Notes under the pieces: model-generated | The model's input: the letters and a program-made list of their open reading frames with translations, nothing else | Database searches by the model: none | What the model was told of the DNA's origin: nothing | IMG/VR virus record: IMGVR_UViG_2585427792_000017 | Source: a virus | Lineage: Duplodnaviria > Heunggongvirae > Uroviricota > Caudoviricetes | Reading direction: 5' to 3' (one strand) | DNA: 7,149 nt | Made by a program: the position numbers and the translations under genes | Shown here: piece by piece, positions 1 to 5,734 of the stretch | Layout of the letters: each line of letters begins with the position of its first letter | Numbering within the stretch: position 1 is the stretch's first letter

Positions 1-840
1 TTCTCTCCACTCGCAACGTAACAGCCACAGTTTGCGTTTCCACCATTCCGCACAGGTCAGGCGAAGGATTGCGCCCGGCAGCAGCTCCGTGTCCGGTTCG
101 TTCCTCCGGTCTTTGTCTGTTGTCAGTGCGTCATAATGTGGAGGCATGGCGTGCAGGTGTAACGCCATGCGGGCCAGCATCTGATACGCCTTCAGCGTTA
201 CATCCATGGTCAGTTCGCCATCGGTCGCGCCAAAGCCATCGCAGAGTTTTTCGAAGGTGCTGCTGAACATCGCCGCCGTCATGGTGGCCAGCGTCTGTAT
301 CTGGTGTTTGTTGAGCTGCGGCAGGTAAAGCAAATCGTCCAGGCGTTCGCGTCCGGCAAGGGAGCGATAACCCGGTGTCAGCCAGCGGTGGTCGGTGCGC
401 TCCAGACGTTCGAATATTTTGCGCAGGTTTCCGCGCGCGTAGCGTTCAGCCTGCCAGCTCTTTTTGCCTTTCTGACGATCGGCTTCCTGTTTTTTGCGCA
501 GGAAGGAGAGGTGGCGAATAAGCGGATCGCGCAGATAGGACGGCAGCAGGCGCAGCGAGGCCATGGCTTCATCCACCGCACCGCGTGCCTGTTTTCTGGC
601 GTCTCCTGCCAGTGTGATGGTTTTGTCCTGTTTTTCCTGTGCGTCCAGGCTTTTATTAATCAGGTTGCCCAGCGGCGTGGCGGAGAACGCCGCATCAGCC
701 ATTTCCTGGCGGCGCTCGTTCTCTACCCGGTAGGCATCCAGCCAGGAGGAAAGCGCGGATTCAGGAGCGGGGATCCCCGTTCCTTCACGCCCCACTGCGT
801 GGCGCGGTTGTTGCCAGTCCCTGATGTACTCTGCCGTCAT
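1..840 (-). CDS. Replication initiation protein gpA-like (rolling-circle initiator), N-terminal 280 codons; partial, ORF runs off the window start
   Basis: Reverse-strand translation from ATG 840..838 is open for 280 codons to position 1 (checked codon by codon): MTAEYIRDWQQPRH...FEKLCDGF...LTCAEWWKRKLWLLRCEWRE. It resembles the N-terminal region of P2 gpA as I recall it, and it is the last gene of the early operon, 6 nt after the stop of the preceding gene. Confidence 0.6.
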   Translation of the reverse strand, partial: MTAEYIRDWQQPRHAVGREGTGIPAPESALSSWLDAYRVENERRQEMADAAFSATPLGNLINKSLDAQEKQDKTITLAGDARKQARGAVDEAMASLRLLPSYLRDPLIRHLSFLRKKQEADRQKGKKSWQAERYARGNLRKIFERLERTDHRWLTPGYRSLAGRERLDDLLYLPQLNKHQIQTLATMTAAMFSSTFEKLCDGFGATDGELTMDVTLKAYQMLARMALHLHAMPPHYDALTTDKDRRNEPDTELLPGAILRLTCAEWWKRKLWLLRCEWRE

Positions 841-846
841 AGTGAT

Positions 847-1212
847 TTACTTCGTCATGCCATTCAGGGTGTCGCGGCAGGCTGTAGCCAGCCGCTGAAT
901 TTCCAGCACGGTGTCTTCTGTGTCGGCATGGCGATGTGTGATGCGGATGCTGTCGGCAATCACATCGACGATTGCAGAGGATGGGCGCTGGTAAATGCCA
1001 ATAACGGACGGGGTGCCACCTTCAATGCGGTAAAGCCTGTAATTTCCCTCGTGGCTGTCAATCATGTAGCGACCATCAATAACAATCTTTCCGTCAGCGA
1101 GCTGCGGTACAGGCAGGGATTTCTGGTACATGTCATAACGATCACGCACGCGAGCGGCAAGATCACGTTCTGTGTTGAGCAGGTATTCAAGAAAGTCGTT
1201 GGCGAGAATCAT
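847..1212 (-). CDS. Hypothetical early-operon protein, 121 aa
   Basis: ORF in track. ATG 1212..1210 preceded by AGAGGA with 8-nt spacing. Stop TAA 849..847 lies 6 nt before the gpA ATG. Confidence 0.6.
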   Translation of the reverse strand: MILANDFLEYLLNTERDLAARVRDRYDMYQKSLPVPQLADGKIVIDGRYMIDSHEGNYRLYRIEGGTPSVIGIYQRPSSAIVDVIADSIRITHRHADTEDTVLEIQRLATACRDTLNGMTK

Positions 1213-1284
1213 TGCGGCAATCCTCTTGTTACAGATGTGCGAAGGCCTCCCGCCGCAAGGTGCAGGAAAGGCCCGGAACAGGAA

Positions 1285-1515
1285 TTAATGGAGTTTGTTT
1301 TGCTGCTGGATGAGCTGTTGAAGCTCGTGCAGATCATCCGCCAGATAGCTGAAAACAGAGGCGGAATAAATGTTTGATAGTGCGTGGCTGCGCTCATGCA
1401 GCATATTGATGTGCATGATTTGCGCGACGCGTGATGCGCGGGAAAGTCTGCGGTTGATTTCAGTCTGGATGTGACGACGCTCCGCGATAGCGCGGTGTGG
1501 TTTGCGGTTTGCCAT
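1285..1515 (-). CDS. Hypothetical early-operon protein, 76 aa
   Basis: ORF in track. ATG 1515..1513 preceded by AAGGGG with 7-nt spacing. The overlapping 205-aa ORF in another frame looks like low-complexity junk. Confidence 0.5.
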   Translation of the reverse strand: MANRKPHRAIAERRHIQTEINRRLSRASRVAQIMHINMLHERSHALSNIYSASVFSYLADDLHELQQLIQQQNKLH

Positions 1516-1577
1516 GGTGTGGCCCCTTGTGTAGTAAGTTGTGAAAACTCACCATCCAGAGCTGCGAAACTGTGGGT

Positions 1578-1653
1578 GGCGAGACGTACGAGGTTCGCAG
1601 TACCGGCTACAAGAGATCCCGGCCCGACCGAAGTCGGCCCCGTACGCCCCGCC
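1578..1653 (-). ncRNA. Putative structured RNA element: 16-bp closing stem enclosing two hairpins, one with a C(UUCG)G tetraloop
   Basis: Arms 1578-1593 and 1638-1653 are inverted repeats. The three non-Watson-Crick positions are A-C on the + strand, which become G-U wobbles on the - strand RNA. Inner hairpins 1602-1623 (one further A-C/G-U position) and 1624-1637 (loop reads UUCG on the - strand). No credible ORF covers this region. Confidence 0.35.
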
Positions 1654-1693
1654 ATAATTCTGACGCGAAAAAAACGTGGCAATACAGTACGCA

Positions 1694-1715
1694 CAAAAAA
1701 ACCGCTGGCGCGGTT
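1694..1715 (-). terminator. Putative intrinsic terminator inside the early operon
   Basis: - strand reads AACCGC-GCCA-GCGGTT (6-bp stem, 4-nt loop) running into a U7 tract (about 1701..1695), 122 nt after the stop of the 99-aa gene. Confidence 0.4.
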
Positions 1716-1837
1716 GTGCGCTTGTGTAGTCAGCAGGCTGCGAAACCCGACACCCGTTTTGTGAGGTGCAGCGGAAATGTAACCTGACTGATTGCGGCAT
1801 GGCAAGCGGTTTTTTTGTGTGTGCATGTTCTGGTTTC

Positions 1838-2137
1838 TTACTGGTTCAGAAAAAAATCAAAAACCTTGTCAATGCGTTGCAGCAGCTCTTGCTGTATTGC
1901 TTCCGGTGTTTCCGGTTCGCCTGGCGCCTTCAACGTCGCGCAGAAATCAGCGATTTCATGATGGAGCGTCAGGCGAATGGCAGGAGCCGTGGTTCTGGCG
2001 TGCTCCAGCTCATCCAGCAATGCCAGCGCAGCAGACGGCGAGAGCATTGCGCGAAATGCCAGTAATTTTTGAGGCGTTGCCATTCGTTGCAGGGCAAATG
2101 CCAGTTCGCGTAGCTTCTGGTGGTTGATGGTGCTCAT
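1838..2137 (-). CDS. Hypothetical early-operon protein, 99 aa
   Basis: ORF in track. Its ATG (2137..2135) overlaps the TGA (2136..2134) of the upstream gene in an ATGA arrangement, indicating translational coupling. Confidence 0.6.
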   Translation of the reverse strand: MSTINHQKLRELAFALQRMATPQKLLAFRAMLSPSAALALLDELEHARTTAPAIRLTLHHEIADFCATLKAPGEPETPEAIQQELLQRIDKVFDFFLNQ

Positions 2138-2400
2138 GTTCTGGCTTCCTTCAGTAGCTGGTTAAACATGTGAGTAAGTGGATTGCTACACCCGAACGGC
2201 ATCGGGTTTACGTGGTAAGAAGCCTGGCCTCCAGTTTTGCGAGCGCGACCACCTGTGCTGCGGTTTGTTCTGATGACTAAGCCGCTGCGCCAAAGTCGGC
2301 GTAACTCAGCATTAATAGCTGTGGTTGGAGTATTCAGTGCTGCGGCGATCTCTCCGCCGCTACACCCCGGATGAGTAGCGATGTAGTCCAGAATGGTCAT
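2134..2400 (-). CDS. Hypothetical protein, 88 aa, probable winged helix-turn-helix DNA-binding fold
   Basis: ORF in track. Sequence ILDYIATHPGCSGGEIAAALNTPTTAINAELRRLWRSGLVIR followed by a basic, Gly-rich wing. ATGA start/stop overlap with the upstream 67-aa gene. Confidence 0.55.
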   Translation of the reverse strand: MTILDYIATHPGCSGGEIAAALNTPTTAINAELRRLWRSGLVIRTNRSTGGRARKTGGQASYHVNPMPFGCSNPLTHMFNQLLKEART

Positions 2401-2600
2401 CTGCGTGGCTCCTGTACCTGTCGGATAAGATTCACCCGCGCCACGTTGGTGGCGCAGAAGTAAGTGCCGTCAGTGAGGTAGATGTGGTGTGCATCCTTTT
2501 CCGAACGATGTTTGTCGATAGTGGTAATCAGGCGTTCGTCGACCTCGTATTCGCGCCCTCTGGAGGTAAAGCGAACGATGGGAAAATGCTTAATTGCCAT
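2397..2600 (-). CDS. Hypothetical early-operon protein, 67 aa
   Basis: ORF in track. ATG 2600..2598 preceded by AAGGGGG. Stop overlaps the start of the next gene. Confidence 0.55.
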   Translation of the reverse strand: MAIKHFPIVRFTSRGREYEVDERLITTIDKHRSEKDAHHIYLTDGTYFCATNVARVNLIRQVQEPRR

Positions 2601-2623
2601 TGCGCCCCCTTTGTCCAGTAACC

Positions 2624-2938
2624 CTATGCGTGAAATACGGCACGTTGCGCGTCATCAATGAATACAGCTTGAGATCGTTCTATCAGGCGGAGATTTGTCA
2701 GAAGCTCTGACTCTTTTGTGGGGTAAGGAGTGATCAGGTAGTTACCCTGCAACCCGGCGATAATGGTGTATCGCTGTAGCTCCGAGCCAATTGTGTAAAT
2801 AAGGCGTCCGGTGTTAGACAAATCCAGTCCGGTGACTGGTTGTGTTCTGAAAACCGCCATTTCTTTGCCCTGTTCCTCAATAATTTTGGCTGCTTCAGAG
2901 GTGGCTATTGCGATGGTCAGTGCGTAAAGCGCTGCCAT
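2624..2938 (-). CDS. Hypothetical early-operon protein, 104 aa
   Basis: ORF in track. ATG 2938..2936 has only a weak Shine-Dalgarno; a small upstream ORF ends 7 nt before it (see 2946-3032). Confidence 0.6.
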   Translation of the reverse strand: MAALYALTIAIATSEAAKIIEEQGKEMAVFRTQPVTGLDLSNTGRLIYTIGSELQRYTIIAGLQGNYLITPYPTKESELLTNLRLIERSQAVFIDDAQRAVFHA

Positions 2939-2945
2939 ATGTTGA

Positions 2946-3032
2946 TTATCTTTCTGGGCTGCCCTGGACAGCTTGTCTTGTCTGTGAAACTACTTTCAAT
3001 GCACTGATAATACCTTCTTCTTTTGCGTGCAT
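2946..3032 (-). CDS. Candidate 28-codon leader ORF (MHAKEEGIISALKVVSQTRQAVQGSPER)
   Basis: Below the 60-aa cutoff of the track. ATG 3032..3030 with GGAG 8 nt upstream; TAA 2948..2946 ends 7 nt before the ATG of the SD-poor 104-aa gene. Confidence 0.25.
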   Translation of the reverse strand: MHAKEEGIISALKVVSQTRQAVQGSPER

Positions 3033-3119
3033 TTTTGTATCTCCGTTATTTGCGTGTGCGAATACCTCCGTTAATGCGGATAGTTTTCAGGTTTTCTTAT
3101 TTAATTTGATGTTTTATTT

Positions 3120-3239
3120 GTATCGTTATTCACCAGTGAAAAAACGTTCAATCTTTTTTACTGAATGAATAATTCGCATAATTCCAATGGCGCAGGCCAC
3201 CGAAATAATCAGAACAAGCCATGAGATAAATATACTCAT
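3120..3239 (-). CDS. Candidate 39-aa single-pass membrane peptide (MSIFISWLVLIISVACAIGIMRIIHSVKKIERFFTGE)
   Basis: Below the track cutoff. ATG 3239..3237 overlaps the TGA 3238..3236 of the upstream 80-aa gene (ATGA). About 20 hydrophobic residues followed by a basic tail. Translated by hand from the reverse complement. Confidence 0.35.
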
Positions 3240-3478
3240 GCGATATTCCCCAGCTTATACGGTTCAATGTGTTCCCCGCATTCTGCGGCACAGATCAGCT
3301 CGGAAAGTTCGTTAAGTGCATCCAGATCATCAGCGTAAAAAGCGACGTCATACAAACTCCGGATTGCCCTGGTCAATGAGTCACGGGCTGCACGTTCAGC
3401 ATGAGCGCCTGATGCACTTAAGCGAAAATAAAATCGTTCAAGTGCTTTGTTAATGAGAGTTTTATATTCTTTGCCCAT
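3236..3478 (-). CDS. Hypothetical early-operon protein, 80 aa
   Basis: ORF in track. ATG 3478..3476 preceded by AGGG, 11 nt after the stop of the upstream gene. Confidence 0.6.
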   Translation of the reverse strand: MGKEYKTLINKALERFYFRLSASGAHAERAARDSLTRAIRSLYDVAFYADDLDALNELSELICAAECGEHIEPYKLGNIA

Positions 3479-3489
3479 CGCAACGCCCT

Positions 3490-3768
3490 TTAATCTGCTT
3501 TCTGAATTTCAGCTTCTGAATCCATACAAATAATTTCGATATAGGGTTCATCGCCATTAACCTGACGTGCCTTTTCAGCTTCGCTAATGATTTCTCGTAC
3601 GGTCTGGTACGGAAGCTCCACAGTCAGGTGCGTACCGTTCAGATAAACGTAAGTAGCTGCGTTTTTTTCGGATGGAACAACTCCGTCAATGGCTGATGCG
3701 CGTAATAACAGTTCACCGCGAAAATCAATAAAACGGATAAATACACCTTGTGCATGGTCTTTGGTCAT
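3490..3768 (-). CDS. Hypothetical early-operon protein, 92 aa (track ORF trimmed to the internal ATG)
   Basis: The track ORF 3490..3882 overlaps the upstream gene. The in-frame ATG 3768..3766 has AGGTG upstream and sits 10 nt after the TAA (3781..3779) of the 113-aa gene. Confidence 0.6.
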   Translation of the reverse strand: MTKDHAQGVFIRFIDFRGELLLRASAIDGVVPSEKNAATYVYLNGTHLTVELPYQTVREIISEAEKARQVNGDEPYIEIICMDSEAEIQKAD

Positions 3769-3778
3769 AAAGCACCTG

Positions 3779-4120
3779 TTATAAATCAGCCTGTTTAATA
3801 AAACTTTGCCCGCGAAGCAGACGATCAACCGTGCGAAGTGCTTCGTATAATGTGAAATCCTGCCCGAACTGATTGTCACCACAGCTCAATGCAAAAATGC
3901 GGTTTCCGGTAAACGGATTGCGTGGGCATTTGTGGATCACGATTCCAGCTTTCTCAATCAGCCAGGCGTGCTCGCCGATTTGTTTTACTGGGTAGCCATC
4001 CGGCGTTGCGTGTGTATCACTCAGGCTGTAGCGGATGTTACTGCGTGATGCACTGGTAGCGAAACGGTTAGCGTGGCGTTCAGCACCATTACGAAAGCGT
4101 GAATTACGTTGCTGTTTCAT
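3779..4120 (-). CDS. Hypothetical early-operon protein, 113 aa, basic N-terminus
   Basis: ORF in track. ATG 4120..4118, 29 nt after the stop of the 69-aa gene. Confidence 0.6.
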   Translation of the reverse strand: MKQQRNSRFRNGAERHANRFATSASRSNIRYSLSDTHATPDGYPVKQIGEHAWLIEKAGIVIHKCPRNPFTGNRIFALSCGDNQFGQDFTLYEALRTVDRLLRGQSFIKQADL

Positions 4121-4149
4121 ATTCCGACTTGCCTCAATGTGTTGAAGAT

Positions 4150-4359
4150 CTACAGTCTGATGTTTCTTGTAAGTTTAAAAATTACTTCGGCCATAACTTC
4201 ACTAATTACTCCAGTATCCCGGTTGGTCAGTGCCACTTCCCATGCGGCTTTTGCTCGTGTAGGGTCTAGCCGACCTGATTTTTGTTGTGTAATGATGGAA
4301 CGTAAATCGTCATATAGTTCTTTTATGGCTGTTTCTTTTGTCTGTGTGAGGTTATCCAT
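4150..4359 (-). CDS. Hypothetical protein, 69 aa, in the AT-rich island
   Basis: ORF in track. ATG 4359..4357 preceded by AAGGTG with 5-nt spacing. Its start codon overlaps the start codon of the divergent + strand gene by 2 nt. Confidence 0.5.
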   Translation of the reverse strand: MDNLTQTKETAIKELYDDLRSIITQQKSGRLDPTRAKAAWEVALTNRDTGVISEVMAEVIFKLTRNIRL

Positions 4360-4798
4360 GGCAACACCTTCAAATATTGATGTTTTTAATGAAACTGTTG
4401 GTAAAACTTTTGCGTTTCTTTATGAGTCATTTCCCCGAAAAGTAACCATTGATGTTTGTGCTTTAACCGGTGTTTCCGCTCCAACGTTTGAAGAGAAGGA
4501 CCCGGCGGTCAGAAAGCAAAAACATGAAGCTCTTGTTCTTCGTTATTACTCCATTGAGTGGCTTATTGCTGCTGGTTATGTATCTGCTGATGCTGTTCCT
4601 TTTGAAAGTTTCGATAAGGCGGTACTTACGGCTAAAGGACTTGAATTATTGAAACTTGATCCAGAGTCACTTAAGCAATCGCTTGGAGATAAACTTGTCG
4701 ATGCAACCAAGAGTGGGGCGATAGATGCAATAAAAAGCACCGCCTCATCTGCACTTACTACAGGTATCTCCTTTGCTTTTAAACACTTGTTTGGCTAA
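4358..4798 (+). CDS. Hypothetical protein, 146 aa, opposite-strand cargo gene; function unknown
   Basis: The track ORF starts at TTG 4109. The credible start is ATG 4358 (MATPSNIDVF...) with GAGGT 5 nt upstream; stop TAA 4796-4798. AT-rich relative to flanks. C-terminus ends in a hydrophobic tail (TTGISFAFKHLFG). Confidence 0.6.
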   Translation: MATPSNIDVFNETVGKTFAFLYESFPRKVTIDVCALTGVSAPTFEEKDPAVRKQKHEALVLRYYSIEWLIAAGYVSADAVPFESFDKAVLTAKGLELLKLDPESLKQSLGDKLVDATKSGAIDAIKSTASSALTTGISFAFKHLFG

Positions 4799-4842
4799 TC
4801 GATTGATGCATCCTACATAACGTCCATTTTTGAAGTATCTAC

Positions 4843-4880
4843 GGCGAAACCTCATGTGATGGGGTTCGCTGTTTTGCTGT
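4843..4880 (+). terminator. Putative terminator between convergent genes
   Basis: Imperfect hairpin GCGAAACC / GGTTCGC (7 bp with one bulged A, 11-nt loop) followed by a T-rich tract TGTTTTGCTGT, 45 nt after the stop of the 146-aa gene. Confidence 0.35.
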
Positions 4881-4902
4881 TGCTTATTCATTTTTTGTGT
4901 CT

Positions 4903-5109
4903 CTACCCAATGAGCCAAATAACAAACGCTATGAGCACCGCGCCAATAGTGGTCGGAAAAAGACCTCTTGTATAGGCGGCGAGGTAATGAACGTTGAGAA
5001 CAATAAAGCGCTCTTTTTGTCCTGTTAGCTTGTTAAGCAGATAAATCGCTATTACACCCACTTCCAGGTACACAAAGCTCAAAATGGCGCTGATGATATT
5101 GCTGGTCAT
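4903..5109 (-). CDS. Small membrane protein, 68 aa, two predicted transmembrane helices
   Basis: C-terminal part of track ORF 4903..5358, taken from ATG 5109..5107, 10 nt after the cox TAA: MTSNIISAILSFVYLEVGVIAIYLL...LFPTTIGAVLIAFVIWLIG. No Shine-Dalgarno, only an A-rich leader. The upstream 83 codons of the track ORF overlap cox in another frame and look non-protein-like. Confidence 0.45.
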   Translation of the reverse strand: MTSNIISAILSFVYLEVGVIAIYLLNKLTGQKERFIVLNVHYLAAYTRGLFPTTIGAVLIAFVIWLIG

Positions 5110-5119
5110 TTTTGTGTGT

Positions 5120-5641
5120 TTAGTTGCCTTCGCTGCTTTTGAGTCGTTCCAGCTTTGAGCTTCTACCCATATAAACCCGTTTTCCGTTAACGGTCTGGCA
5201 GTCTTCTTTGTCGGCTGGAGAGAACTTTCTTTTCTGGCGGTCATACGTCCAGTAACTTTTCCAGTTGTGCCATTCTGGGGGCTCGTGCTCTGGTAGCTCA
5301 TCAGCCAACTTGTCCCACTCTTTGGCGTTAAACCACCATACTCCGTCTGAGTTTTCATCTTCCGGGTTTGTGCGCGTCTTGTGTCCCGGCATTTGACCGC
5401 GATGAATGGCTACGCGCAGTGCAGATTTTGTTAGCCCAATATATGCCGCGCCTTTTTCCAGAGAGCAAAGCCCGGCGATCGGACCATCCAGCCGCAAAGT
5501 CGCTCCTTTTTTGTAGGAACGCTTTTTCTTGTTTTCTTCGTGCTCGTCGTCGTTGGCGGCATCAATGGATCCGCTGAGTGCGTCACTTTCCTGAAGTGGT
5601 TGGTGGTCAGATAACTCTTTATCGGCAATGAAGTCCCGCAT
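5120..5641 (-). CDS. cox: Cox-like excisionase/transcriptional regulator, 173 aa, with N- and C-terminal extensions
   Basis: ATG 5641..5639 with GAGG 7 nt upstream. The core (LEKGAAYIGLTKSALRVAIHRGQMPGHK...DGVWWFNAKEW) resembles the HTH and following region of P2 Cox as I recall it. It is the first gene of the operon divergent from C. Confidence 0.65.
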   Translation of the reverse strand: MRDFIADKELSDHQPLQESDALSGSIDAANDDEHEENKKKRSYKKGATLRLDGPIAGLCSLEKGAAYIGLTKSALRVAIHRGQMPGHKTRTNPEDENSDGVWWFNAKEWDKLADELPEHEPPEWHNWKSYWTYDRQKRKFSPADKEDCQTVNGKRVYMGRSSKLERLKSSEGN

Positions 5642-5660
5642 TTGTTATCCTCTTGCGTTG

Positions 5661-5700
5661 GTGCGCTTGTTGCGCCTTGTGATGGTTTGTTTTGGCTTGT
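5661..5700. repeat. Four direct repeats with 10-bp periodicity, each ending in TTGT
   Basis: GTGCGCTTGT / TGCGCCTTGT / GATGGTTTGT / TTTGGCTTGT, at 5661-5670, 5671-5680, 5681-5690, 5691-5700. Helical phasing suggests a protein array on one face of the DNA. Confidence 0.4.
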
Positions 5701-5724
5701 AAAGATAACCAAAAGGTTATCTTT
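5701..5724. promoter_or_regulatory. Candidate repressor operator: perfect 10-bp inverted repeat with 4-bp spacer
   Basis: AAAGATAACC-AAAA-GGTTATCTTT. Further GGTTATCTT copy at 5748-5756 (overlapping the C start codon) and a related TGTTATCCT at 5643-5651 next to the cox start. Confidence 0.45.
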
Positions 5725-5734
5725 GTGCGAGAGG

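Noticed and set aside
69-581. 65-aa + ORF (69-266) and 67-aa - ORF (378-581)
   Set aside because: Both lie inside gpA in other frames; Arg/Cys/Pro-rich composition typical of out-of-frame GC-rich sequence.
1-840. Known P2 defence hotspots (tin/old beyond gene A; Z/fun among the tail genes)
   Set aside because: Neither locus falls inside this window: gpA continues off the left edge and no tail genes are present. Any novelty here has to be within the early region.
304-1377. 357-aa + strand ORF, the longest in the track
   Set aside because: It is antisense to the gpA N-terminal coding region and the 121-aa gene, which have operon context, coupling and P2-like sequence. Long antisense shadow ORFs are expected in GC-rich coding DNA.
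1653-1682. Possible promoter on the - strand just after the terminator (TTGCCA, 17 bp, AATTAT)
   Set aside because: The -10 lacks the conserved first T, and the predicted start site would fall inside the 5' arm of the structured stem. Too weak to call.
1471-1800. ORFs 1471-1764 (+), 1549-1800 (-), 1572-1787 (+) in the GC-rich gap
   Set aside because: Junk-like translations and no ribosome-binding sites. The region is better explained by RNA structure and a terminator.
1209-1826. 205-aa - strand ORF
   Set aside because: Ser/Arg/Thr/Cys-rich low-complexity translation. It overlaps the better-supported 76-aa gene in another frame and runs through the structured non-coding gap.
1766-2127. + strand ORFs 1766-2065 and 1792-2127
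   Set aside because: Antisense to the 99-aa gene, which is coupled into the operon.
2908-3168. 86-aa + strand ORF
   Set aside because: Runs against the operon across the AT-rich gap; Cys/Phe-rich; no ribosome-binding site.
4109-4357. N-terminal 83 codons of track ORF 4109-4798
   Set aside because: Begins at TTG, is antisense to the 69-aa gene, and the in-frame ATG at 4358 has a strong Shine-Dalgarno. Treated as an antisense-frame shadow.
4470-4652. 60-aa + ORF
   Set aside because: Alternative frame inside the 146-aa gene.
5110-5358. Upstream 83 codons of track ORF 4903-5358
   Set aside because: Overlaps cox in another frame with Ser/Thr/Lys-rich composition. Only the C-terminal 68 codons from ATG 5109 look like a protein.
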